49,460 nt of DNA from Tetramitus jugosus (GCA_937625935.1 OW569396.1:1-49460), one strand, 5' to 3'; numbered from the stretch's first letter, positions 1-10,330 are shown. The notes: generated by a model from the letters alone, not told the origin. A program made the numbers and translations.

Positions 1-691
1 TATTTTTAGTAAATTATTATTAAATACTTTTTATGTTTTGAATATTATTTATTCTCCAATTATAGTAATAACTATAGTTAGTAGTTTATTATTAGGTACT
101 TTTGGTGCTTTATTTCAAAAAAAAATAAAACGTTTATTAGCATATAGTACTGTTACAAGTGTTGGATATTTTCTAACTATGTTTATTTCTAATAATTTTA
201 TATTAATTAATAGTGTATATACTTATATTTTTTTATATAGTTTTTCATTATTAACTTTATTTTCCATTTTTTTACAATTATATTTAAATAAAAAAAAATT
301 ATATGTAGAAAACATTTCTTCACTAAGTGGTTATTTTTATAATAATAAATTTATGTCCTTATTATTATTATTTATTTTTTTTACTCTTGCAGGTATTCCA
401 CCATTTTCATTATTTATAGGTAAACTTTTTCTATTAACTAGTATTGCGCATATACAAATGTATCAATTTTTATTTTTAGCTTTATTAGCTACTATATTAA
501 GCTGTTTTTATTATTTAAAAATAGTAAAAATTATATACTTTAATAAGATAAAAAATTGGAATTATTATTCACAAATTAATTTTATTCCTGCATTTTTTAT
601 TAGTTTATTTATTATATTACAATTTTTATTTTTTATTAACCCTTCTTGGATTATAGTATTTTTTAAATATAATATTTATAGCTTTATTTAA
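1..691 (+). CDS. nad2: NADH dehydrogenase subunit 2, 3' part
   Basis: QKKIKRLLAYS and LAGIPPFSLFIGK motifs; frame is open from base 2. Confidence 0.95.
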   Translation, partial: IFSKLLLNTFYVLNIIYSPIIVITIVSSLLLGTFGALFQKKIKRLLAYSTVTSVGYFLTMFISNNFILINSVYTYIFLYSFSLLTLFSIFLQLYLNKKKLYVENISSLSGYFYNNKFMSLLLLFIFFTLAGIPPFSLFIGKLFLLTSIAHIQMYQFLFLALLATILSCFYYLKIVKIIYFNKIKNWNYYSQINFIPAFFISLFIILQFLFFINPSWIIVFFKYNIYSFI

Positions 692-940
692 TATATTAAT
701 TTATATTTTTTTTATTGATTACTTTGAATTATTATTATATTAATTAATTATGTATTAAATGCATGTATACCATCGAATATAGGTATTATTGATAATATAT
801 ATACTAATATTATATATTATGTGTATAGCACTGGGGTATATATAAGATGATAATTATTATAATTATAATAATTATCAAATTATAACTTAATTATTATATA
901 TTATAAATATAATAAAATATAATTGTATAATAGTAATAAA

Positions 941-1012
941 TGATCCATAGCTCAGTGGTAGAGCATTCGCTTGATAAGCGAATGGTCGGTGGTTCAAGTC
1001 CACCTGGATTCA
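941..1012 (+). tRNA. trnI: tRNA-Ile(GAU)
   Basis: Cloverleaf with anticodon arm TTCGC-TTGATAA-GCGAA; U1xC72 mismatch, G2.U71. Confidence 0.95.
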
Positions 1013-1013
1013 A

Positions 1014-1055
1014 TTCTATGACACAGCAGCCGGTCATAGAGTAACAATAGGCTGC
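1014..1055 (+). other. Predicted H-type pseudoknot
   Basis: TTCTATGAC 1014-1022 pairs with GTCATAGAG 1033-1041; loop GCAGCC 1026-1031 pairs with GGCTGC 1050-1055. Confidence 0.55.
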
Positions 1056-1143
1056 ATAAAGAAGTGGAAAGTAAGTAAAAATAATATATATATATGTAGT
1101 ATATATGAATAATAGTCACAGGGCAGCAATAGGGGTGGTATGA

Positions 1144-1896
1144 ATGTTAAATAGTCCATTTGAACAATTTCAAGTTCAATATTTATATAAGAATGAAAAT
1201 TTGTATATAACAGATACATTATTAATTAGTGCAGTGATAATAGTATTATTACATTTATTATATGTATCGATCAACATACAAGACAATCGTTATCATATAA
1301 ATATAGGTAGTGTATTATTAAAAGGAATATATAGTTTTATATATGATATAGTGTATGAATATTTAAATGAAGAAGGAAAAAAATTCTTTCCTTTTTTTAA
1401 TTATTTATTTATATTTATAGTAGTAAGTAATGTAATTGGAATATTACCATATAGTTTTACAATAACAAGTCATCTATCAATTACATTTGGATTAGCATTC
1501 ATGTTATGGTACGGTATGTTTATAGGTGTAGGAGTAAATAAATATGGTATAAAAATATTTTCAATGTTCTTTCCAAAAGATATACCATTTGCATTAGTAC
1601 CATTGTTAGTGTTTATTGAAACAATTTCATTTATATTTAGATCAATAAGTTTAGCATTACGATTATTTGCAAATATTGTAGCAGGACATATTCTATTAGA
1701 TACAATAGCGGTAGTAGTACATAAATTAATTTATCCAGCTTACTATATATCAGGTAAAACAATTTTAATTGGATTAATGCCAATATTCATAACAATGGTA
1801 TTAATCTTATTTGAATGTGTAGTAGCTATATTACAAGGATATATCTTTGTAGTATTATGCTGCATATATTTAAAAGATATGATAGTATTACATTAA
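1144..1896 (+). CDS. atp6: ATP synthase subunit a
   Basis: SPFEQF; SLALRLFANIVAGH; LQGYIF. Confidence 0.97.
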   Translation: MLNSPFEQFQVQYLYKNENLYITDTLLISAVIIVLLHLLYVSINIQDNRYHINIGSVLLKGIYSFIYDIVYEYLNEEGKKFFPFFNYLFIFIVVSNVIGILPYSFTITSHLSITFGLAFMLWYGMFIGVGVNKYGIKIFSMFFPKDIPFALVPLLVFIETISFIFRSISLALRLFANIVAGHILLDTIAVVVHKLIYPAYYISGKTILIGLMPIFITMVLILFECVVAILQGYIFVVLCCIYLKDMIVLH

Positions 1897-2603
1897 TGCA
1901 AAATATTAGATATTTATTAATATATGTATCAATATTAATAGTATTACAGATGTTATATTTTTCGATATATAATATACCGATATATAAAATCTATTGTGAA
2001 TTAAATAATTATTATTTAAATAGTCAAAATTTATATAATCAAATTAATTATAAATTTTATATATATACTGAATTAGAAACTAATATTTTAAAGAATAAAA
2101 TATTAGTTTCTGAAGTAAGTAAATATTTAGAAGAAACTAGATGTAATATAGATATAAATAAAAATAATTTAATATATAATATAGAAAAGTATTACAAGCA
2201 AGTAGAATTAGAAAAAAGAATATTAAAAAATTCTGAAATAAACTTATATGTGGTTATTTTTAAAGCAACTACAACAAATGTAAATTTAGTTGAATTTGTA
2301 ACATTACAAAATAATATATATATTGCACCGAGTGAAACATATTTAGTATTTTTTAGGATATATAATCCAACAGATTATATAATAAAAGGGATAAGCATAT
2401 ATTTTATTTCACCTAATACAGTAAGTGTATACTTATTAAAAATACAATGCTTTTGTTTTGATGAATTATTATTATATAAATTTGAATCTGTAGATTTACC
2501 TATATTATTTTATATTTCATCAGAAATCATAGTATTAAATTTAAAAATAATAGCATATATACAAATACATATAACATATTTATTTATACTTAGTGGGTTT
2601 TAG
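1896..2603 (+). CDS. cox11: Cytochrome oxidase assembly protein Cox11/CtaG
   Basis: KIQCFCFDE copper motif, N-terminal TM plus 'PIYKIYC'; likely start is ATG 1896 (TAATG overlap with atp6 stop) rather than 1815. Confidence 0.88.
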   Translation: MQNIRYLLIYVSILIVLQMLYFSIYNIPIYKIYCELNNYYLNSQNLYNQINYKFYIYTELETNILKNKILVSEVSKYLEETRCNIDINKNNLIYNIEKYYKQVELEKRILKNSEINLYVVIFKATTTNVNLVEFVTLQNNIYIAPSETYLVFFRIYNPTDYIIKGISIYFISPNTVSVYLLKIQCFCFDELLLYKFESVDLPILFYISSEIIVLNLKIIAYIQIHITYLFILSGF

Positions 2604-2637
2604 ATTGATTGACTACATAAAAAAAAAATAAAAAAAA

Positions 2638-3813
2638 ATGTTTAATAAATTAAATAATATAATATTAGCAGACGCTAGTTTAAGAAGGGTATATCAATTT
2701 TTAGTATATTATCCAACACCACAAAATATAAATTATTTTTGGAATTATGGATTTATGGCAGGGATGTTTTTAGGTATACAATTAATTAGTGGTATATTTT
2801 TATCAATGTTTTATACACCACATATAGATTATGCATTTGATAGTGTACAACATATAATGAGAGATATAAATTATGGTTGGTTTATAAGATATGCTCATTC
2901 AAATGGAGCATCATTTTTTTTTATAGTAATTTATATACATATATTAAGAGGTATTTACTATGGATCATATTTAAAACCAAGGTTATTTGTATGGTTCTCT
3001 GGAGTAATTATTTATATTTTAATGATGGGTACAGCATTTTTAGGATATGTGTTGCCTTGGGGACAAATGAGTTATTGGGCAGCAACAGTAATTACAAATT
3101 TTTTAACTGTTATTCCAGTAATAGGTAAAGATGTAGTGTACTGGGTATGGGGAGGATATGCTATTAATAACTCAACATTAAATAGATTCTTTAGTTTACA
3201 TTATTTATTACCTTTTGTTATAGCTGTTTTTGCATTATATCATATATATACATTACATAAATCAGGTAGTTCAAATCCATTAGGAATAAGAACAAGTAAA
3301 TTAGATAAAGTAAACTTTTATCCATTTTTTTTAGTAAAGGATTTATTTGGTTTATTTATAGTTTTTATAGTATATATTATATTTGTAATATATTATCCAG
3401 AATTATTAGGACACACAGATAACAATATTAAGGCTAATCCACTAGTTACTCCAAGTCATATAGTACCAGAATGGTATTTTTTACCAATGTACGGTATTTT
3501 AAGATCAATTGAAAGTAAGACATATGGAATAATATTAATGTTTTTATCAATGTTAGTTTTATTTGTATTACCAGTTTTAGATAAAGGTAGTGAAAGAAAT
3601 AATCATTTCAGAATGTTTAATAGAATGATGTTTTGGTTATTTACATTTAATTTTATATTTCTAGGATATTTAGGTGGTCAATTACCAGTATATCCATATA
3701 TACAATTAGGTGTCATTTGCTCTCACTTTCACTTATTTTATTTTTTAATACTGCCTATTATAAATGGGGCCAAATTTCAAAATTATTTCACTTTATTTAA
3801 AGTAAAATATTAA
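2638..3813 (+). CDS. cob: Apocytochrome b
   Basis: HSNGASFFF, LPWGQMSYW, PEWY. Confidence 0.99.
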   Translation: MFNKLNNIILADASLRRVYQFLVYYPTPQNINYFWNYGFMAGMFLGIQLISGIFLSMFYTPHIDYAFDSVQHIMRDINYGWFIRYAHSNGASFFFIVIYIHILRGIYYGSYLKPRLFVWFSGVIIYILMMGTAFLGYVLPWGQMSYWAATVITNFLTVIPVIGKDVVYWVWGGYAINNSTLNRFFSLHYLLPFVIAVFALYHIYTLHKSGSSNPLGIRTSKLDKVNFYPFFLVKDLFGLFIVFIVYIIFVIYYPELLGHTDNNIKANPLVTPSHIVPEWYFLPMYGILRSIESKTYGIILMFLSMLVLFVLPVLDKGSERNNHFRMFNRMMFWLFTFNFIFLGYLGGQLPVYPYIQLGVICSHFHLFYFLILPIINGAKFQNYFTLFKVKY

Positions 3814-3909
3814 TTTTATATAAATATATACTGTAAATAAGTTTGTTTTTTGTGCGAAAAACATATAACCAATCCATGGATTAAATGGAAAAAAATTGAA
3901 ATAAAACTA

Positions 3910-5097
3910 ATGTTAGCTGAGCAATCTCAACAAATAAAAAATTTTATGTTGAATTTTGGTCCACAACATCCGGCGGCACATGGGGTATTGCGGTTAATAT
4001 TAGAATTAGATGGTGAGATAATAAAGAATGCTGATCCACATATAGGACTTCTACACAGGGGAACCGAAAAATTAATAGAGTATAAGACTTATGCACAAGC
4101 TTTACCATATTTTGATAGATTGGATTATGTCTCAATGATGTGTCAAGAGCATACTTTTTGTTTAGCTGCTGAAAAATTATTAAAATGCAAAATACCATTA
4201 AGGGCACAATATATACGTGTTATTTTTTCAGAAATAACACGTATATTAAATCATTTATTAGCAATCACTACACATGCTTTAGATGTAGGTGCTTTAACAC
4301 CGTTTTTGTGGGCTTTTGAGGAACGTGAAAAATTAATGGAATTTTATGAGCGTGTTTCTGGTGCAAGAATGCATGCTAATTATTTTAGAATTGGAGGAGT
4401 TGTGTATGATATACCTATAGGTTTATTAAAAGATATATCTATTTTTATACAACAATTTGCATCTAGAATAGATGAGATTGAGGAAATGCTTACTACTAAT
4501 CGTATTTGGAAACAAAGATTGATAGAGGTAGGTAAAGTTAATAGTCGACAAGCTATGGATTATAGTTTAAGTGGTCCAATGTTAAGATCTACTGGTATTG
4601 CTTGGGATTTACGTAAATCTGAACCTTATGAAATATACAGAAAGTTTTCTTTTGCTATTCCTACAGGTGTATGCGGAGATAGTTATGATAGATATCTTAT
4701 AAGAATAGAGGAGATGCGTCAGAGTATAAATATTATAAATCAAGCGATTAATCAAATTCCTTTAGGATTAGTAAGAGTAGATGATCATAAAATTACTCCA
4801 CCATATCGTAGTCAGATGAAAACATCTATGGAGTCATTAATACATCATTTTAAATTATATAGTGAAGGTATAAGTGTGCCTCAGGGTCATAGTTATGGTT
4901 GTGTAGAAGCACCTAAAGGAGAAACAGGTGCTTATTTGGTGTCTGATGGTGGTAATAAACCATATAGATGTAAAGTTCGTTCTCCTGGTTTTATGCATTT
5001 ACAGGCATTAAATAGTATAGTAGTAGGGCATATGATTGCTGATTTAGTTACCGTAATTGGTACTTTAGATATTGTTTTTGGGGAAGTTGACAGATAG
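3910..5097 (+). CDS. nad7: NADH dehydrogenase subunit 7
   Basis: [15 protein letters not shown] ... DIVFGEVDR; first ATG 3910 (ORF track begins at TTG 3850). Confidence 0.98.
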   Translation: MLAEQSQQIKNFMLNFGPQHPAAHGVLRLILELDGEIIKNADPHIGLLHRGTEKLIEYKTYAQALPYFDRLDYVSMMCQEHTFCLAAEKLLKCKIPLRAQYIRVIFSEITRILNHLLAITTHALDVGALTPFLWAFEEREKLMEFYERVSGARMHANYFRIGGVVYDIPIGLLKDISIFIQQFASRIDEIEEMLTTNRIWKQRLIEVGKVNSRQAMDYSLSGPMLRSTGIAWDLRKSEPYEIYRKFSFAIPTGVCGDSYDRYLIRIEEMRQSINIINQAINQIPLGLVRVDDHKITPPYRSQMKTSMESLIHHFKLYSEGISVPQGHSYGCVEAPKGETGAYLVSDGGNKPYRCKVRSPGFMHLQALNSIVVGHMIADLVTVIGTLDIVFGEVDR

Positions 5098-5167
5098 TTT
5101 TATACTATAAATTCGCATTATAAGCTTTTAGCACACATTACAAACAAAAAAAAAATATAAATAAAAC

Positions 5168-6253
5168 ATGTTTAGTAATTTAAAAAATAAAATTATGAAT
5201 TTAGTATTAAAGGTGGAGCCAGATGTAGTTTCTATTGCTAATAAAATTATAGCTGAAGTAGAACATAAATTTGTCTCTGCCATAGAAAATATAGTTGATG
5301 TCGTCTATAATTTTATAGAAAAATGGCATATAAGAATGAGTAAAGTAGAAAGTAAAATCTTTATTGCTTTATTTGGTAGATTTTTAGATAATAAATATTT
5401 TAAAAAAATTATAGATTTTTATGATAAGGTAGATAGTTACGAAGATAAAAAAGAAAGGGAATTTGCTAATCAAATAATAAAATTTATTATTTATATAGTT
5501 AGAAAAATTGCTTATGTTGTTGCAATATGTAAAATTATGTGGACAGTAGATGAAAAATTACATGTAATATTAGTTAAAAAAGAAAAACAATTATTAGAAG
5601 ATTTAAAAAATTTTTTACGTACTATTATTTTTCATTATTACTATGTTTTTTCAATTTTTTATTTATTTTTTTTAATATTGTATCATATGGATATAAGTTC
5701 TTTTAGTACATATAGAGATGCATTAGTTTCTCAATTTCCATATCCATATATTTCTGGTTATCTTTATTATTTTTTTTGTTTAGTATCTATGTATGGTTTT
5801 TCTTATTATTTAATTACGTACCTTACATATAAATATGATAATATTAATAAGTTTTTTTTAATTTTTTTAAGTTTATTAATTACTTATGTATCTTTTTATT
5901 TAGTTTTTATTAATACAGATATATCTAATGCTCAATTACCTGATATTACTGCATTATTATATGAGAAAGAATGTACTTTAGATAAATATAATGGTAATTC
6001 TACTATTACATTTAATTTTAGTATCGGAGTATTAATCATTTTAATAGCTGCATTATTGCATTTAGTAATTATATATTATTTAATCCGAAATATAATTTCT
6101 ACTGTATCAGAATTATTAATAGATTATATGGACCCAGAACATGATATGGTAATTGCATTCTTTTATCTTTTTGTTTATTTTTTTATATTAATTTTTTTTT
6201 TTTATTTATTAGGTGATATTTCTTTATTTTATACATTAAATGGTATACAATAA
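5168..6253 (+). CDS. Unassigned membrane protein orf361
   Basis: 361-codon ORF on the coding strand filling the nad7-nad3 gap; charged N-terminal half, several hydrophobic segments in the C-terminal half; no recognised motif. Confidence 0.7.
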   Translation: MFSNLKNKIMNLVLKVEPDVVSIANKIIAEVEHKFVSAIENIVDVVYNFIEKWHIRMSKVESKIFIALFGRFLDNKYFKKIIDFYDKVDSYEDKKEREFANQIIKFIIYIVRKIAYVVAICKIMWTVDEKLHVILVKKEKQLLEDLKNFLRTIIFHYYYVFSIFYLFFLILYHMDISSFSTYRDALVSQFPYPYISGYLYYFFCLVSMYGFSYYLITYLTYKYDNINKFFLIFLSLLITYVSFYLVFINTDISNAQLPDITALLYEKECTLDKYNGNSTITFNFSIGVLIILIAALLHLVIIYYLIRNIISTVSELLIDYMDPEHDMVIAFFYLFVYFFILIFFFYLLGDISLFYTLNGIQ

Positions 6254-6305
6254 TTTTATTGGTTATAATTAATTTATTGATTACTTTTATATTTTTTTAT
6301 ACAAG

Positions 6306-6671
6306 ATGTTTTATTATTTAAATGAATATGGTGATTTTGTATTTTATGCATTAGTAATGTTTGCTATTTGTACATTAGTATTAGGTATTAGTTATTTAAT
6401 AACTATTAAAAATCCATATAATGAAAAAAATACAGGGTATGAGTGTGGTTTTGATCCATTTTCAGATGCAAGAGAACCATTTTATGTAAAATTTTATTTA
6501 ATTTCTATATTATTTATTATTTTTGATGTAGAAGTTGTATTTTTTTTTCCATGGGCAATAAGTTTAAAGCAATTATATTTTTTTGGGTATTACGTTATGT
6601 ATATTTTTATATTAATTTTATTAATAGGTTTTGTGTATGAATGGAAAAAAGGATCATTAGATTGGGATTAA
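6306..6671 (+). CDS. nad3: NADH dehydrogenase subunit 3
   Basis: YECGFDP, FIIFDVE, YEWKKGSLDW. Confidence 0.98.
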   Translation: MFYYLNEYGDFVFYALVMFAICTLVLGISYLITIKNPYNEKNTGYECGFDPFSDAREPFYVKFYLISILFIIFDVEVVFFFPWAISLKQLYFFGYYVMYIFILILLIGFVYEWKKGSLDWD

Positions 6672-6681
6672 TTGATTACAT
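6672..6681 (+). promoter_or_regulatory. TTGATTACWT upstream motif (representative copy; all copies listed in findings)
   Basis: TTGATTACAT, 29 nt before the nad4L ATG; 12 further copies at 27-30 nt spacing. Confidence 0.75.
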
Positions 6682-6700
6682 AACTAAATAAGTTAACAAT

Positions 6701-6967
6701 ATGTTTATACATTTAATTGTACCAGTATTATTATTTATTATAGGTATATTTGGATTATTTTTAAGCAGAAAAAATATAATATTAATTATTATGTCTTTAG
6801 AATTATTATTATTAGCAGTGAATTATAATTTTTTATTTTTTTCTGTATATTTAGATGATTTAATGGGTCAAGTGTTTTCTTTATTTATACTAACTATTGG
6901 AGCCTGTGAATCATCTATTGGATTAGCATTATTAATTTGTTACTACAGAACATATAAATATGTGTAG
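6701..6967 (+). CDS. nad4L: NADH dehydrogenase subunit 4L
   Basis: IMSLELLLL, ACESSIGLALL. Confidence 0.97.
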   Translation: MFIHLIVPVLLFIIGIFGLFLSRKNIILIIMSLELLLLAVNYNFLFFSVYLDDLMGQVFSLFILTIGACESSIGLALLICYYRTYKYV

Positions 6968-6985
6968 TATTTTATAAATAACGAT

Positions 6986-8950
6986 ATGTATTTATTACCA
7001 ATATTTTTTACTTTTTTTTCATTTTTTTTTACTTTTTGTTTTGGTAAACAAATAGGTAATTACAAAAATCATTTAATCAATATATTATTAGTATTTATTT
7101 CAACATTAGTTTGTTATTTAATTTTTTTTGAAGTTTCATTTTTATCATTACCATGTTATATAAAAATGACAGACTGGATAGTATTTGATATTTTTAATGT
7201 ATACTGGTATTGTTTATTTGATTCTTTATCTGTTTCAATGTTAGTAGTGATTATGTCTATTTCATTGTGTGCGCATATTTATTCAGTGTCCTATATGGAT
7301 CAAGACCCTCATCAAATACGTTTTATGTCTTATTTATCATTATTTACTTTTTTTATGCTTATTCTAGTAACAGCAAGTAATTTAATACAATTATTTATTG
7401 GATGGGAAGGTGTTGGTATTTGTTCTTACTTATTAATTAATTTTTGGTATACTCGAGTTGGTGCAAATAAATCTAGTATAATGGCAGTATTTACAAATAA
7501 AATAAGTGATATTTGTCTATTATTTGCTTTTGGTTTAGTTTTTAAAATTTTTAAAACTTTAGATTTTAATATAATATTTTCTATATTATCAGTTAATTAT
7601 GAAAATGATTATTTATTTCAACTAATGTATTATGCTGGATTTTTTATTATTTTAGGAGCAGTTGGTAAATCTGCTCAAATAGGCTTACATTTCTGGTTAC
7701 CAGAAGCAATGGAAGGTCCTACTCCAGTATCTTCATTGATACATGCAGCTACTATGGTAACAGCAGGTGTATTTTTAATAGTTAGATGTTCATTTTTAAT
7801 GGAAAATATTCCATTACTATTAGTATGGATTTCTTTTTTTGGTAGTTTGACTATTTTTTTTGGTAGCACTGTTGGTTTATTTCAGTACGATATTAAAAAA
7901 ATAATTGCTTATTCTACTTGTAGCCAACTAGGTTACATGTTTTTATCTTGTGGATTATCAAGTTATTATAATGGTATGTTTCATCTAATAAATCATGCAT
8001 TTTTTAAAGCATTGCTGTTTTTAACTGCAGGTTATATAATACATGCATTATCAAATGAACAAGACTTTAGAAAAATGGGTGGTTTATTAAAAAAATTACC
8101 ATTATCTGCAATGTTAATTTTAATTGGTTCTTTATCTTTAATGGGATTTCCTTATACTTCTGGTTTTTATTCTAAAGAAAAAATAATTGAGTTATTTCAT
8201 AATAAATTAATTTATAATTTTGAATTTTTAAAATACATTAAATTTTTTTATTTTTTTCAATTTTTAGCAATGTCAAGTGTTATCTTAACTATTTGTTACA
8301 GTATCAAAATGTATGTATATGTTTTTTTAAATAATTTTAATGGTTATAAATCATATATATACAATCTTCATTATGGTTCATTTTATTTAGTATTACCATT
8401 AGTTATTTTATCTTATTTAAGTATTTTTAGTGGTTATTTACTAAATGATTTAATGATTGGTATTGGTACTGATTTTTGGAAATACTCTTTATATATTTCT
8501 TGTCAAGAGTACCAAGATTTTAGTAATTCTTCTGGGTTCTATTTATTTAATTATGAATTTATTAAATATGTTCGAAAAATACCATTGGTATTAACTATTT
8601 ATTATACTTTCATTTTTTTTATTTTATTTATTTGGTTGAAACAAATATTTTTATATTTTAAGTTTTATTATTCTTGGGTAAATAACTTATTTATTTTTTT
8701 TAATCGTAAGTATTTATTTTTTAATAAAAATGTTGTTTTTCCTTTAATTGATTTAATGAACTATTCTGCATTAAATTATACATTTAAATTATTTGATAAA
8801 GGTTTAATTGAGTTATTTGGGCCTTTTGGAATTACTAAAATAGTGGATAACATGGTTAATTTTAATAGTAAATTACAAACTGGTTTAATATATCATTATT
8901 CTGGTCTAATAATATTAAGTTTATTATCTTATTTATTTATTATTTTTTAA
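6986..8950 (+). CDS. nad5: NADH dehydrogenase subunit 5
   Basis: GWEGVG, GKSAQIGLHFWLPEAMEGPTPVS. Confidence 0.99.
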   Translation: MYLLPIFFTFFSFFFTFCFGKQIGNYKNHLINILLVFISTLVCYLIFFEVSFLSLPCYIKMTDWIVFDIFNVYWYCLFDSLSVSMLVVIMSISLCAHIYSVSYMDQDPHQIRFMSYLSLFTFFMLILVTASNLIQLFIGWEGVGICSYLLINFWYTRVGANKSSIMAVFTNKISDICLLFAFGLVFKIFKTLDFNIIFSILSVNYENDYLFQLMYYAGFFIILGAVGKSAQIGLHFWLPEAMEGPTPVSSLIHAATMVTAGVFLIVRCSFLMENIPLLLVWISFFGSLTIFFGSTVGLFQYDIKKIIAYSTCSQLGYMFLSCGLSSYYNGMFHLINHAFFKALLFLTAGYIIHALSNEQDFRKMGGLLKKLPLSAMLILIGSLSLMGFPYTSGFYSKEKIIELFHNKLIYNFEFLKYIKFFYFFQFLAMSSVILTICYSIKMYVYVFLNNFNGYKSYIYNLHYGSFYLVLPLVILSYLSIFSGYLLNDLMIGIGTDFWKYSLYISCQEYQDFSNSSGFYLFNYEFIKYVRKIPLVLTIYYTFIFFILFIWLKQIFLYFKFYYSWVNNLFIFFNRKYLFFNKNVVFPLIDLMNYSALNYTFKLFDKGLIELFGPFGITKIVDNMVNFNSKLQTGLIYHYSGLIILSLLSYLFIIF

Positions 8951-9089
8951 TTTTTATACTCTTTGTATATATTATATATTTATTGATTACTTTATATTTA
9001 TTTTTATCTGGTAAACTCTTTGTCCTATAAAAGATTCATTTAATGTTGTATGCAAAATATTATTAAAGTGCAAATTTTATTGTACTATT

Positions 9090-9401
9090 ATGAAATCAAT
9101 ATTTAAATATTATAATAATAATAATTACTCAATTAACACTTTAAATCATATACATAGTCAGATACTACCTATTAAACAAAATAAGTATAAAATGTCAAAT
9201 CAATTAAGAATAATGAATACAATTTCTATTGCATTCATTATTAAATCTAATACTTTTTCTTATTTTCAGTTAACTGGTGCTATTAAACGAAAAAAAAAAG
9301 CTTTAAGCTTTGTAGGTAGTGTATGTGTCGCTAGTGATTTATCAGGTATAAAAATTTTTGTATACACTGAAAATCATTCTCCATATAATAGATTTAAATA
9401 A
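9090..9401 (+). CDS. rpl19: Probable divergent ribosomal protein L19
   Basis: FQLTGAIKRKKK..SFVGSVCV..DLSGIKIFVYTENHSP aligns by eye with the bL19 core (F.G.vI.r......tf.vr.i..GVe..f..hSP); frame is open upstream to 9015, so the start is uncertain. Confidence 0.55.
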   Translation: MKSIFKYYNNNNYSINTLNHIHSQILPIKQNKYKMSNQLRIMNTISIAFIIKSNTFSYFQLTGAIKRKKKALSFVGSVCVASDLSGIKIFVYTENHSPYNRFK

Positions 9402-9421
9402 CTTTTTTTTTATATATAATA

Positions 9422-10135
9422 TTATAATTGACATATATATACATTATAAAGTAAGTAATACTGTAATATATAATTTGATAAATATATATATATATTTAAT
9501 GGACACATTATTAATAATATTAATACAGTAACAAATATAATATATATATTATTATTAAATATTATATACACTATTGTAATTAAAAAAATCCAAATATAAG
9601 ATATAAAAAATATATATAAGTATATATTTAAGTAATTTTGTAAATTTAAATTTACATCAAATATTATAAAATTAATTTCTTGATAATTATTATAAAAAGA
9701 ATTAAATATTAAAAATATAATATAATTATTATATATGAATATAAATAAATAAAAATAAAAAAATAAAAATACTGAAAATGCTGTAATGTAACTCATCTCA
9801 TGTTTATAAAAAGATGATTTAAAGTACATTAGTATTTGTATTATTATGAATGGCATTAATATTATAAAAGATATTATAATTATATAATACATTAATATAT
9901 AATTATAATCTTGTATTGAATAAGAGATCTGTAATGATGGAAGTATATAATTTTTAGTAGTATTTATTGGGTAAATAAATTCAGTATTTGAGATATTTAT
10001 AATATTTTTTATATATTTGTATGGTGTGAATGATAAATTTATTTTTGTTATTGGTATAAATATAAAAAGGAGAAAATAATCAAAATAAATAAAATAAAAT
10101 AATAATAGTGGTATTATTGAAAATAATATAATCAT
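9422..10135 (-). CDS. tatC: Twin-arginine translocase TatC (divergent)
   Basis: Hydrophobic ORF with MPFIIIQILMYFKSSFYKHE (TatC P....Q.w.F..p.ly..E); start set at ATG 10135 because the longer ORF overlaps trnR. Confidence 0.7.
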   Translation of the reverse strand: MIILFSIIPLLLFYFIYFDYFLLFIFIPITKINLSFTPYKYIKNIINISNTEFIYPINTTKNYILPSLQISYSIQDYNYILMYYIIIISFIILMPFIIIQILMYFKSSFYKHEMSYITAFSVFLFFYFYLFIFIYNNYIIFLIFNSFYNNYQEINFIIFDVNLNLQNYLNIYLYIFFISYIWIFLITIVYIIFNNNIYIIFVTVLILLIMCPLNIYIYLSNYILQYYLLYNVYICQL

Positions 10136-10170
10136 ATATACTTTTATATAAGTATAGTAATTGTTACTTT

Positions 10171-10242
10171 TTACTCTTAGCTCAGTGGAAGAGCATTCGC
10201 CTTCTAAGCGAGTGGTCACAGGTTCAAGTCCTGTAGAGTATA
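10171..10242 (+). tRNA. trnR: tRNA-Arg(UCU)
   Basis: Cloverleaf, loop CTTCTAA; U1xU72. Confidence 0.93.
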
Positions 10243-10257
10243 TATACTGTATATAGG

Positions 10258-10330
10258 TATGGAATAGCTCAATTGGCAGAGCGAGAGTTTCATGAGCTCC
10301 AGGTTATAGGTTCAAGTCCTATTTCCATCA
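10258..10330 (+). tRNA. trnM: tRNA-Met(CAU), probably elongator
   Basis: Cloverleaf, loop TTCATGA; U1xC72. Confidence 0.85.

Noticed and set aside
759-845. MHVYHRI*VLLIIY... resembling the Sdh3 'HRI' motif
   Set aside because: Only 3 matching residues, interrupted by stops; hydrophobicity is expected from AT-rich DNA
1034-1219. Minus-strand 61-aa ORF
   Set aside because: Antisense to the atp6 start and leader; no motif
2877-3128. Alternate-frame ORF inside cob; also antisense ORFs 3944..4207, 7675..7869, 29457..29666, 34764..35036, 40977..41234 and 41771..41953
   Set aside because: Shadow ORFs wholly within well-supported genes
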